Below, piece by piece: positions 49,501 through 61,736 of a stretch of 64,000 bases of DNA. The position numbers were made by a program, and so were the translations under genes. Numbering within the stretch: position 1 is the stretch's first letter; every line of letters starts with the position of its first letter. The notes below the pieces were generated by a model. It worked only from the letters and a program-made list of their open reading frames with translations, had not been told where the DNA came from and made no database searches. Source of the DNA: Podarcis cretensis (taxonomy: Eukaryota); the NCBI GenBank assembly GCA_951804945.1, contig OX638157.1, positions 50,530,001-50,594,000 of the forward strand, given 5' to 3'.

Positions 49501-50658
49501 GTACTGGAGAAAGTGTTGAATCTTCTGGTTTTGCACCTTAGATGAGATTTTCAGAGGAATGGTAGTGTTGGTATCTGTATGCGTTTTCACAATTGCACAC
49601 CAGTCACCAGTAGAGCAAATCATAACTGAGATCTGTTATACTGTGGTAAGAATGGATGGGAATGCTCACATTGGGGACTGTGTGCTAGATTCACTTTTGC
49701 TTTTGGAAATCTATACTGATCGTTCAAGCATTGATTTGGTGCAAATTTGTTTTAAGCTAGTGTCTAGCTCAAATCAACAATGTGCAAGCACTTGTGACTG
49801 CAATTAACAGTAAGTGCAAGTTTCCATCTTATATTTGTAATTTTGGAAAGCAAAATGTGTTTTTAATTCTTACTTGTAAACTAATAATTGCATGATTTTC
49901 ACTGTGACAGATATGGTTGGCAATGAGTCAGACTTCTACAATGAAGCATATGGTCTGGTCTGAACCATATAAACAGCCCTTGAAAATGGTTTAACATATA
50001 ATTTCTTCTTGGAAACAAATAATTAGCATCTCCAGCAAGCTATTTTGCATATATGTGTGCACATTATGAAGTAAGTAGACATTAAAAAGCCATTAAGGTT
50101 ATAAGCAGATCTATAAAAGCAAATTAAAAATAAAGAATTAGTCATAAGTAGTCAGGAAAGAGTTCAGTGGGGTTTGAATGCACAATCATACTCTTGACGT
50201 AAGAAATAATACTTGTCCCCAAACCTATCTCAGGGATGAAAGGAGCATTCTTTACTTTTAAGTGAACTACAACTTGATTAACTGAGTAAAGAGCATGCAA
50301 AAATGACAGCTCAGGCTATATTAACCTAACCCAGTATCAACCATTTTTATTTTTGATCAGAAACAGGCTCCCCATTACTGTCATATCTTGCCTTTCCTTG
50401 GAGCACAGATGAACTTATTTGTCCTCTGTAATCCTGTAAGATCAGACAGCATCTTATGAGGGTGGTTTTCAGTTCCAAGGTTCCATGTATGCAAGAAAAA
50501 TTGTATATACCCAAGCCCTTGGAGCTGCCCCATGGCTAGTGGGTATGGGGAGAGAGAGTAGCCCAAGTACTCCTAGAGCCCATGCACCAAATAGGACTTG
50601 TCCAGTAAACAAAGTGAAGAGCTTAAAAGCTCCTTTTGCGCTGAGTAACCTAAGCAAT

Positions 50659-51012
50659 GGGATGCGGGTAGCGCTGTGGGTTAAACCACAGAGCCTAGGA
50701 CTTGCCAATCAGAAGTTTGGCGGTTCAGATCCCCGCAACGGGGTGAGCTCCTGTTGCTCAGTCCCTGCTCCTGCCAACCTAGCAGTTCAAAAGCACATCA
50801 AAGTGCAAGTAGATAGGTACCGTTCCGGCGGGAAGGTAAACGGCATTTCCATGCGCTGCTCTGGTTTGCCAGAAGCAGCTTAGTCATGCTGGCCACATGA
50901 CCCGGAAGCTGTACACCGGCCCCCTCGGCCAGTAAAGCAAGATGAGCTCCACAGCCCCAGAGTCGGTCACGACTGGACCTAAATGGTCAGGGGTCCTTTT
51001 ACCTTTTACCTT
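50659..51012 (+). mobile_element. Sauria (Squam1) SINE
   Basis: head and tail intact; TSD TAACCTAAGCAA (50646-50657, 51013-51024). Confidence 0.95.
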
Positions 51013-51656
51013 TAACCTAAGCAAAGTTGACATAAAAAGAGACCATAAGCTCCTTGCCTTACTTAGGGGGCAAGGCCTATTTGGCTTGCTGGCTCTGGAA
51101 GGCCAGGGATGCTCACATGAAAATTAATGACAACTTGAATGTCCCCACAATATTTCACGAGAATATCCTCAGGCTTGGATTTAACCTGCACAAGTTCAAC
51201 CCACCCACCTCCAACGGTGTATGGTCAAAATTGTGAAAGTTAAATGAGCATAAGATGTGATTTTACTGTACTGAGCTTCAATTCTTTAATCTTCCCCTGC
51301 GCTCGCATGTTGTCTTCAAATACCTTACTATTATATCAATCTACTGCTAACTTACCTCTGGGCTGGTACTTGGACTCATACTGTGTCCTGCATGTAGACC
51401 TTACGACAAGAAGCCATGATCCATAGACTTGCCCTCCATGAATTTTTCTAACTCCTTTTAAAGCCATCTAAGTTAGTGGGCGTTACAGTGTTTTGATAGT
51501 TGTGGATTCCATAATTTTAATGCATTCTGTGTGAAGACATCCTCCCTGTGAATCCTGTCCAGTCAGTTCAGTTGGATGATCCTGAGTTCTAGGAAGAAAA
51601 CGTATCTCTTTTCACACAATGTACAATGTTGCAAACACCTGTCATTCACCATTGTA

Positions 51657-51882
51657 CAGTGGTACCTCGGGTTACATACGATTCAGGTTACAGACTCCGC
51701 TATCCCAGAAATATTACCTCGGATAAAGAACTTTGCTTCAGGATGAGAACAGAAATCGTGCTCCGGCGGCGCGGCAGCAGCAGGAGGCCCCATTAGCTAA
51801 AGTGGTGCTTCAGGTTAAGAACAGTTTCAGGTTAAGAACGGACCTCCGGAACGAATTAAGTACTTAACTTGAGGTGCCACTG
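51657..51882 (+). mobile_element. Tigger/pogo-type MITE, family A
   Basis: TA-flanked TIRs; body matches 31167 copy. Confidence 0.93.
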
Positions 51883-54800
51883 TATTCTGTGGTTGCAACA
51901 CAGATTTTTATTACAGGAGTTAAGATACTGGCAGATACATTTTTGGTTCAGTTCCCAACAGTGCCTAATATGGATTTTGCCTCCCCCCAACCCACAAAGC
52001 TGCAACATACTGAATCAACACATTGTAATAAAATCAACCTCATTCTCATAATGATGGAACATGCAATACTAGTTGTCATTGCATTGAGTGGTGACAAGCA
52101 GAAGGATAAGTATAAATATTATAGTATTATAGAACAGTAGCCGAAATGTGCTCTTGCTTTGTACAGTGTGTTGTGTGTTAATTTTCATTATTAAAATTGT
52201 CAAAGAACCTTAATAATTGACTTCCTTTCTGCCATAATACAGTATAGATCTGAGCCTTGAGCTTTCACAATATGCCACTGTGTTGTCAAACAAACATTGC
52301 AGAGGAAGTGAACTCCTTTTACAGCACAGTACTGTTGCTTCTTCAACATGCTGTCAGCATTTGACAAAATACCTAAACAAAATTATAGAAGAATTAGCAA
52401 ACATTGATCTTGATCTGGATTGCAAGCATGTATGTTTATAAGATATAACACACAAATATTGTGTAGCAGTAATGGGAAAAGATAAAATCAGATCTATTGA
52501 TGGGCCACTTCCAAGTTTTTTTGCTTTTGGACATATGGTTTCTGTGGATTGGTATTTTTGTCATCAGTCGGCCCCCAGATTTAGAGATGGAAACAAGCCT
52601 TTTACTCGTTTCACTTTCCCTTCTTCTCTTTCTAGCATGCTGCAATAAATCAAAGTCTTCAACTTAGAATAGTTTCCCAAAATGTCAAAGCCAGGTAACT
52701 CTGATTACTAAACTAGAACCTTAAAACAGCAATTTGAAGTTAGTTCAAGATGCTGGCTTGTTCCAAACATGGTAATCAGTTTCATAGATGTAACAGGAAA
52801 CTGGCTAATTGATTGGAGATGCTTATGTTTAACTGTGGTACACCAAAGATCGAAAGAGTTATATGTGTGGGAACAAGGATTGTTGATATTTTGGCTTATT
52901 GAACTAGCTCTGAGTGCATGTGCAACAACTTCTGCCTTCTTTATCTTGAGTGAAAAATCTGGATTGTCACCAACCATCTGGATGAGAAGAGCCTGCCATA
53001 AATACCCTCATGTAACCTTAATACAATGTAAAATTTTATGGCTTGCATTGTAAGCTACTTTGGGAGCCAGACTTGTCTAAACCAGGCTCTCAGGTCCATC
53101 TGCAGCAACTTCTGTCATCATCCTCTGGATGCAAGAGTCATTTAAAACTGGGTATAAATAAAAGTGATAGTCTATAAATCATACTGTTGGGAACTACAGT
53201 GAAGGTCTTGGGAAACATCACAATAGCGTCTACTCCACAAAACACATTAATTTATATTCTCTATCTGTCACTTGCTAAATGAATTTGTAGAAAGTTTAAT
53301 GACAGCCTTTATACTTCATATTGAATAAGTTATTACTGGCCCTCACCATCTCATTAGCAGGAAAGTGACTGCATTTCTGATCCCTCCACCCCTTTGTGGC
53401 TCTACACTTCAATATTTTCCATTATGTCAGTTGAAAATTGAGAAATTTTCAGCTAATGTGGTATGAAATGATAGAATTTAAGGGACAGGGATTAAAAAGA
53501 TTTGCTTTCTAAAATACACTTGGCAGAAATGTAGTTTTTTTGTAATATAACATCATTGCACATGGATGAATGGAACAGAAACCTTCAGATTACAATATGA
53601 TGAAATCAATGGCAGGCTTAATGGAAAATGACAATGAAAACTATTTTAAATATAAATATAATAGAAAATCAATATTAAATTACTACTCAGTAGTCTTATG
53701 TCCAATAAAGGGTAAATGAAATTATTGTTATCTGAAAGTGAATTTAGTTGGTGTGATTCTCAAAGAGCAGATAAAATGTTTCTACCATTTTTAGTACCAT
53801 TTTAGATGTATTAACACACTGCTAAATTCCATCTTCCGTTGTTAATCCTTCTCCCTGTGTTAGATTTACCATGCAACTTTAAGTGGGGTAAAAAGTAAGG
53901 TTTAAAGTGATGGATTGGCCATGATTTTCAAAGCCTGGCTGTTTAGAGCAACAGCTGTGTAACAAGAGTTTAGGAAAGAAATCTCTGCATATATTTAGTA
54001 AGTTCTGAAAGGGAGCCTTGTGAAAGAAAGTTTCACTCATGCAAGGGAGTGGCACACACACTTTACACTGAACAGTCCCAATGCTGAATCCTACTTGGGT
54101 TCCCCAACCCTTAGCAGGATATTTTGAGGAGGCACTGGAGACTCAAGCAGGCATAAGGATACAGGAAAAACCCAGTTTTGTACATCTCACAGTGCTTAAG
54201 ATCCAGTCCATTGTCTTGTATGAATCAAGTTGATTAGATATATCTATGTATTCAAAATAAAAACACAGTAAAATGAGGAAGCACAACTTATTCAAGGATG
54301 CATTCTGGTGGTGCTTTATTCCATCTTCCTGATGTTTCCTTACCCATTAAATTTTGTATTTTGCATGCTCTTTCACAGACATAAAAGCCACTTATGCTAG
54401 ATTCCACTATATAAAGTGAATAAATATTAACAATAACAATTACTACTACTACTCTTATTTCCAGAAGTTCAGTGCTCATTTCTGTGTTTTCAGGGAGGGG
54501 AATCCATTTGCAATCCCCTTAACTCAAAAAATTGTGAAGTTTTGTGTTGTGATTTTCCTGCAGTCTTCATGATCATACCTAAGCCTTAGCTTAGGGACTG
54601 CCACAGAGAATGCTCTTTTGGGTTACCTTTTACCAAGAAGAGCCTTTTAACACCAAAGAGGGTCTGTAGGAAAGGAGGTGATCTAAATCATGTAGGGCTT
54701 TACATGTAACTAATACAAACTCCAATACACTTTTAAAATTATTTAAAAGTTTTAATCTTAACTGATTCATATATTCTATGGTTCTAAATACATTTACTCT

Positions 54801-55689
54801 GAAGCAAACTCCATTGCTTTTACCCCAGCACTTTTTTCAAGTACATGAGCCTATGCTAGCAGACTTAGGGTCACATAAAAACTGGCCAGAGAAGTAATAA
54901 TGTTGAAATTAGATGAGACCTAACCTTTCAAACTGTTTTGTGACAGATACCATCTGGGCATACAAGGAAAGGATATAGAAAAAGGTGTAAGACTTGTCTA
55001 ACCCCTCTTTCTTCAGTGTGATCATTTGATATAAAAGAGGTTGCTGGAAGTTCCATTTCCTTTTACTATATGTTAAAGGTGCTGAATGTAACCTTTGTCA
55101 CTGCCTCTTGAGAGCTCTTACATAAAGCCATTTTCATCTAAATTGAAAGCTTCTCATAGTCAATAATCACTTTATATAGAGGTCATATATATTATCTATT
55201 GGTTCAGCTATCACATTAAGGTGCTTTATTGTAGAGAATTCTTCTAGATGAGCTGCTTGATCTTGTTTGGTTAAAATCCAATGGTGTAGTGAATAAGTCA
55301 CTTAATATCTACATAAAGTGAATCTGCAGGCAAGTATGATTAAGTCTTCTCCTGATATTTGCTGTTCCATTTTTTTTTTAAAGTACTTCCAGCAATGCAG
55401 CAAATGTGTCTGACATTTGGTTTCCAAAGCATAAAAAATAAAAAATTGTAATTCTTATCAGAGAACCATGAAAAAGGAATGAGTACTTTTTGCAAAGCTT
55501 TAACTTAATTGTTCCACACGTCAACTTTTAAGCTGTGCATTTGAGCTTAGAACCCTGTGAAAGCTGACTACGTAATGCTTAGCATGGTGAATGACCAGTG
55601 GCGTAGCGTGGGTTGTCAGCACCCGGGGCAAGGCAAGTAATTTGCGCTCCCTAACCCGTGGATTTTAGCACTCGAGTCTCTTCCACTAG

Positions 55690-55822
55690 ATTTTTCCCAG
55701 GCCTCTGGTTAAGTGGGAGGGTTACTGTTTTTGTTTGATACTATGTTATGTATTTTTGTGTTCTTATATTGTAAGCTGCCCCTGTGATCCTCAGAGGAAG
55801 GGCAGCATAAAAATTAAATAAA
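55690..55822 (+). mobile_element. L2-clade LINE 3' tail (inside hAT cargo)
   Basis: TGTAAGCTGCCCCTGTGATCCTC..GAAGGGCAGCATAAAAATTAAATAAAT. Confidence 0.7.
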
Positions 55823-55946
55823 TTTTAAAATTGAGACAATTTCATAGTAACACAGCAAGAATTTCATAACATAGTGTATGTTATAGTAAAACAGTAACAT
55901 AGTCTTATTCACAGATACTTTGTGTCTTAAGACACGAGTGGTAGTA

Positions 55947-56173
55947 CAGTATCCTGAACAGTAGTTCGCATCCTGAACAGAACGTAAGACGCGACAGTGC
56001 ATCTGCGCGTGTCGCGTTTCGCCGCTTCCATGCATGCGCGTGACGTCATTTTTATCGTCTGTGCATGCGTAAGCGACAAAACCCAGAAGTAACACGCTCC
56101 ATTACTTCCAGGTCACCGCAGAGCGCAACCCGAAAATACTTATCCGAAGCGTATTTATCCCGAGGTACGACTG
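55947..56173 (+). mobile_element. Tigger/pogo-type MITE family B, left end rearranged
   Basis: right TIR GAGGTACGACTG|TA; body similar to 13057 and 57645. Confidence 0.8.
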
Positions 56174-56645
56174 TACGAACTTAATCTGTTCTGGAAGTCC
56201 GTTGTTAAACCAAAGCATTCTTAAACCAAGGTGTGCTTTCCCATAGCAGCGGGGGACTCAATTTACAAATGGAACTTGCTCAAGAAGAAGAGGAGGAGTT
56301 TGGATTTAATATCCCGCTTTAACACTACCCGAAGGAGTCTCAAAGCAGCTACCATTCTCCTTTCCCTTTCTCCCCCACAACAAACACTCTGCGAGGTGAG
56401 TGAGGCTGAGAGACTTCAGAGAAGTGTGACTAGCCCAAGGTCACCCAGCAGCTGCATGTGGAGGAGCGGGGAAGCGAACCCGGTTCCCCAGATTACGAAT
56501 CTACCGCTCTTAACCACTTCACCACCCTGGCTCAACAGGAAGTGAAACATGTTCTGCTTCCAAGGCAAAGTTCACAAACCAAAACACCTACTTCTGGGTT
56601 TGCAGTGTTCTTAATCCAAGTTGCTCATAAACTAAGCTGTTCTAA
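56174..56645. mobile_element. third Tigger-type MITE (both ends lost), split by a SINE
   Basis: ACTTAATCTGTTCTGGAAGTCCGTT and TTCTTAAACC motifs related to family A; continues after 56534 (GGCAAAGTTC..TACTTCTGGGTT). Confidence 0.65.
56284..56533 (-). mobile_element. Squam3-type tRNA/CORE SINE
   Basis: minus strand GAGCCAGGGTGGTGAAGTGGTTAAGAGC A-box, GGTTCGCTTCC B-box, GTGACCTTGGGCTAGTCAC CORE, (CTT)n tail; GCTCAA on both sides. Confidence 0.9.
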
Positions 56646-57248
56646 GCTATTGTAGCATAGCAGCTAGGAGACTAGGTTATGAATCTGTTCAAATCTCACT
56701 AGGTGAACTCTCTCCCCGCCACCAACCTCCAGCTTTACTTACCTTTGCTGGGCTGTGTGCAAGCCACACATTAAAAGGGCATGACTTTCCCCAAAGTATC
56801 CTGAGAGCTGCAGTTTTCTAAGGATGTTATGAATTACCAGGATACTTTAAGGAAGTCAGGTGCTTTTACTATCCCTTCAGGATTGGCATGAGATTAGTGG
56901 TTGGGGCCGAAATTGCGTGCGGCCAACCCCACAACCTTGCATGCACACACACTGGCAAATATCCCTCCTCAACTGATCCAGGCAGACCAGCTGTAATCTG
57001 CTTATTAGCCCCACTGCACACACCAAAAGAGCAATCAGATGAAGGAAAGAAAGCTATTTGTATCCCGATCTAGGCACCTCAGCACATGTCTGCTTTATTT
57101 TTTATCATTTTTATTTGTTGCCCTCGTTGCCAAAATGAACGAGGTCTTGGGCTGCAGAACAATGTGCTAATTAGTCTTCCAAGGTTGCTTAAAAATAACA
57201 ACTAAACAATGTGAATGAATGCAGGAAAGCACTATACAAAGTTCAGTA

Positions 57249-57473
57249 CAGGGGTACCTCAGATTACAGACGCTTCAGGTTACATACACTTCAGGTTACA
57301 GACTCCGCTAACCCAGAAATAGTACCTCGGGTTGAGAACTTTGCTTCAGGATGAGAACAGAAATCGTGCAGCAGCGGCGCAGCAGCAGTGGGACGCCCCA
57401 TTAGCTAAAGTGGTGCTTCAGGTTAAGAACGGACCTCCAGAACGAATTAAGTACGTAACCAGAGGTACCACTG
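57249..57473 (+). mobile_element. Tigger/pogo-type MITE, family A
   Basis: TA-flanked TIRs. Confidence 0.92.
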
Positions 57474-57644
57474 TATTATTATTATGCATTGAAATTTCAA
57501 GTCACAGGGAGGCCACCTCTGGCAAAACTTTGATTGGTAATACATTTGGGACAGACCTAAGAAAATGTTTCTTCACATAGGGTGTAATCAAGGAACCACA
57601 TGTACACCACCCTGTGTTCCATTATGGAAGAAAGGTGCTTGATA

Positions 57645-57892
57645 CAGTGGTACCTCTGGTTGCGAACGGGATCCATTTTGGAGCCCCGTTTGCAACATGA
57701 GCAGAATGCATACCACATCTGCACGTCTGTGTGTGCCGCGATTTGCTGCTTCTGCGCATGACATCATTTTGAGTGTCTGCGCATGCATGAGCGGCAAAAC
57801 CCGAAAGTAACCCTTTCCAGTACTTCCGGGTCTCCGCAGGACGCAACCTGAAAAGATGTAACCTGAACCGATCATAACAAGAGGTATGACTG
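57645..57892 (+). mobile_element. Tigger/pogo-type MITE, family B
   Basis: TA|CAGTGGTACCTC ... GAGGTATGACTG|TA. Confidence 0.9.
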
Positions 57893-57911
57893 TAGAATAA
57901 AAAATAAATAT

Positions 57912-58131
57912 GTGGTTATGATGACCACAGGCTAAGATGTCTTTAAAAGCTGATTAGGGCTAAATGGGATCCTCAAGATTTCATGCCACTAAATAGTTAC
58001 GAGGAGAGGCTGGCAACAGCCAGGGAGAGTGATCACCTTCATAGACCTGCCTGTACGCCTATTAGATGCATCTGTCTGCAGGAAAGCTGGCCTAGATAGG
58101 CCTTTCGTCTGATCCAACAGGTTTCTTCTTA
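57912..58131 (+). mobile_element. highly decayed CR1 3' UTR (inside hAT cargo)
   Basis: CTAGATAGGCCTTTCGTCTGATCCAACAGG..TTCTTA end as at 32400-32450. Confidence 0.65.
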
Positions 58132-58272
58132 CCTCCTTAATTTCTACTGAAATTCTCCAAGTCACTGTCTTTCAACCTAATGTGCCTCAGAAGGTTGTTT
58201 TGCAGATAAAATGGGGAATGGACAACCCTGTACACCACCTTTGAGTTCCTAGGGAGGAAAAAGTTGGAGGGG

Positions 58273-58288
58273 AAAGAAAGAAAGAAAG

Positions 58289-58327
<39 letters not shown>

Positions 58328-58333
58328 GAAAGA
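58273..58333. repeat. (GAAA)n microsatellite
   Basis: direct reading. Confidence 0.95.
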
Positions 58334-58929
58334 ACATTTTACCAGTGGCGCAGTGACAAAATTCATTCTACATCTACTTCCTTTGAAACCGTTGCTTCGT
58401 GTGTTATGAAATATAATACACAGAAGAAAGAGATTGCTGTATAAATACGATTTACTAAAGAGAAAATAATCCCCTTTTTAAAAATATATTTTTTTAAAGG
58501 TGGGGGATGGAGAGAAACCTACAGCTGTTTAGAATAGGACCTATAATTCAGAAAAGGAAATCTTTTTACAGTTAAAGCTAAAGAGGAAGTACAAGCCAAA
58601 TACAGAATTACTACTATGATTATCATTATCATTATCATTATTTATACCCCGCCCATCTGGCAAGGTTTCCCCAGCCAGGGCAAAGGAAAGTATGTTCGTG
58701 GGAAGGTGCTAGGCAAGATTTGAATGCAAAAAAAGATATTCCCAAACAACAAGATGAGATTGTCGTCATTGGGGGGCGGGGGGGGGGTGAGATTCCTGTG
58801 TCCTTAAACACACCAGAAAATCAACAGGTACAAATTTCACATGGGGCAGGTGGGTGGGAGAGGCCGGAATAGGGTGCAAAACACTTCCAGGGGTTGAATT
58901 CCTGCACTGTTCGGAAACTCCCACCCAAC

Positions 58930-59520
58930 CTTGTAAGCAAACGGATGGCCAGCCAGGGAAAGTACGCGGAGAGGCTGCAAAGTGGGGCAGAAGCAGAAAG
59001 GAAGAGATGAAAAGGGGCGACGACTGAGAACGCGGCGGGTCACGCGTGCGGAGTGTTGCGCAAGCAAGGGAGCCATGGCGTCGCGCAAGAGCGGCCCTCC
59101 TTAGCCCGGACACTACCTGCCCGCCCGCCCGTGAGCGTGCCCCCCTACCCTTCAGCTAGCCGACAACGGCCCAGGCGAAGGCCCGATTCTGTCACGGGCG
59201 GAGTGGCCCGCCCCGGCGTTCAATCACAGCAGCGGCACGAGCCCCGCCCACAAAAGTCGCTCGAAGCTCCCCGATCCCTCCCCATCACGTGCCGTGACTT
59301 CCCCAATAGGAACAAGATTTCCGCTTTGGAATGCTCTTCATTCAAGCCCCACCCCTCTCATGGCAACTGCTTCTGCTCCGGGTTGGCGGTGGGCAGAGCT
59401 TGAGGGGGGCTGGGCTTTGCGCCCGGCTCTGAGAGAGAGAGAGTGAGCCAGGTAGGGGCAGAGAGCTGTGAGTGCAAGCGCGCGCCCCCAGATGTTGCGC
59501 CCGGTGCGGCCGGCCCCCCC
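58930..59520. promoter_or_regulatory. CpG island with housekeeping-promoter motifs, located inside the hAT element
   Basis: NRF1-like TGCGCAAGCA 59057, GCCATGGCG 59072, GC boxes 59196/59207/59242, CACGTG 59286, CCAAT 59303. Confidence 0.75.
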
Positions 59521-61527
59521 TGCACCCCCACGCTACACCACTGTGAATGACTGAACATCAGCTTGCTGTTGGAAGGTGCTAAGCTCCTTGGCAGCAGTAG
59601 TTTAGAAAAGCAAGTATTTCTGTTAACCCATTCCCTTAACACCAGGAAGCCAGTTAGTGCTCTGAACCAGGTTCTCTGTTCACCAAACATTCAGCTGATG
59701 TGTTGGAAAATATCTGTGTGAATTTGAATTTCACTAATCTAAATCAGATTTAAGTCCTTTATCCACCTACCTGGGGGTAAGCCCCACTGAATTCAGTGAG
59801 GCTTAACTTCTGAGCAAAAATGTATACAACTGCTGTGTCAGGAGCAAAGTTACCTTGCCTTTCTTCATATGCCAGAATGATTTGTGCTATCAGAAATATA
59901 ATTGGAGGGAAAGGATCCAGAATGCTTTCCCCATTTGTTGTTGTTTTTTTTATAAATAGAATAGCCTTACATTCAAAATGTCATCACATTTTGGGCATGA
60001 ATGACATTCAGAGTAAAAAAAAAAAAATCAAATGGAAGGTAAGCAATGCTCAGAATTAACTACTCAGCTGTTTTTGCAACTAGTCCTTGAGGTAGCTACC
60101 GTAAAATTATAATACAGTTAAAACTAATTTAAAACAATACATTAAAACTTCAGTAAATTTAAAACATGGCACGTAGCAAATAAAAATAAACATATATCCA
60201 TTTAAGCCCAAATATGTTACAGAAAGGGAAGGGAAATATCATGGCCAGCTTGCTAAAAAATTAGGAGAGCTGTACTAGTGAGCATCCCTTGATAGGAGGC
60301 TTTTGCTCCCACTTAACATATTTCCTCTCTTTGCTTGATATACCAGGGTGTGAATATGAACTCTCCACACTGAATCTAGGTGGTAACATAGCTCTTGAAA
60401 TGCCTTTAAGTGAAAAAAGAGACGACAGTAGGGAAATTGACAAAAAGTATTAACTCAGATATTGAGTTGTGCCTAGGATTTTCAGCATACTATTATTTGA
60501 TTTGCAGATAGACTTGTTTAAACCTTTCAGACATTAAACCTTTATTCAAAGGAATGGTTTTTGCTGCAATCTACTTATCTGGGAGGAAGCCCTACTGAGT
60601 ACAGTGGTATGTACTTCTGTGTAGTAAATAAGCATAGGGATAGGATGAAAGGCTACCTGTTGAGAATATAGAGCCACGAAGGCATATTGTGATGGTCAAA
60701 TTGGAACCTAGAACTGCATGCCCACTTTCGTATAGTTAAACAAAATTATGGAAACTTTATTGTAAAGATTATCCTGCCATGGTAAATAACACTTGGGAGT
60801 TTAATTGTCCTCTTGCTTCCCCCATATGTTGCTATTCTTATCCTTGGTCTGTCATTTTCAGATCCTATTTCTGATAGCATGTAATAAAAATAGACCTGGT
60901 TTTATCAATGGAACTCTGACATTTTGTAAAGCTATTTTATAAACTACCCAAATTATGTATAAAACCTGAGTAACTGATTTCATTACAGTGAAATTGTCAA
61001 GATTTCCCACACAGCCGTTTGCTTTTGTCAGAAAGAAAAAAACATACCTACTGTTTTCCCGCATCTTTGTCAAGTAATGTTTTCTATTGTTACAGCACTG
61101 GCAAAATTTGTTAGTTTTTATGCCATTGGTGTTTTGTTGTTGAACTTTCTGTGTTGCTAGCTGCTGTGTGCTTATGCATTCTCCATTAGAAGTGCTAATT
61201 CTGGGCCAAACTACTTGTTACATTAAACAGTGTACTTAACCAACATGCTTTACACTGCTTTTTCTTTTAAAGAAACACAGCAGCTGTAATTCATGTTCCT
61301 GATTATTACTATTATTGCGAGCCCACATGCTAAACCCTGTCCCCAGAGCCCACCACCCAGAAATGAGACATGACAACAATGTATGGGATTAACATTGGGC
61401 CACAACTTTATTGAATAAAAGTTGATCTTTTATATTTATATGTAATTTTAATTCCATAAAACTTTATTTTTTATTGTTAAGTATACAACTGACAATAAAA
61501 AACAAAGTTATATGGAATTAAAACTAC

Positions 61528-61589
61528 ATATAAATATAAATATAAATATAAATATAAATATAAATATAAATATAAATATAAATATAAAT
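61528..61589. repeat. (ATATAA)n hexamer microsatellite
   Basis: direct reading. Confidence 0.96.
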
Positions 61590-61736
61590 GAGCATACTTT
61601 TAACATTTCCATGTAATTTACTCTTCATGCTATCTGAGTGGTTGGAAACAAACAGTTAGGACTTGCAACTGATATGGTATTGTTGCTTCCCATGCCAATA
61701 CCCATGGCCTCCTGGGAAGAAGCATGTGTGGGATAA

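Larger units (their letters stand above)
55596..59543. mobile_element. 3,948-bp non-autonomous hAT element carrying captured genomic DNA (Pack-hAT)
   Basis: TIRs CAGTGGCGTAGCGTGGG (55596-55612) and CCCACGCTACACCACTG (59527-59543), 16/17; perfect 8-bp TSD TGAATGAC (55588-55595, 59544-59551); no transposase ORF. Confidence 0.82.

Noticed and set aside
52488-52566. Minus-strand TGATGA...CTGA about 80 nt apart
   Set aside because: C box lacks the leading purine, no terminal stem, no guide recognised.
52200-53053. Cluster of 69-94-aa ORFs and acceptor-like sites
   Set aside because: No recognisable homology and no consistent exon or frame chain.
37030-59520. Idea that the two CpG islands are alternative promoters of a conserved lncRNA/miRNA-host pair (DLEU1/DLEU2-like layout)
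   Set aside because: No miR-15/16 or other known mature miRNA was seen, and the second island lies inside a TSD-bounded transposon; no gene symbol can be supported.
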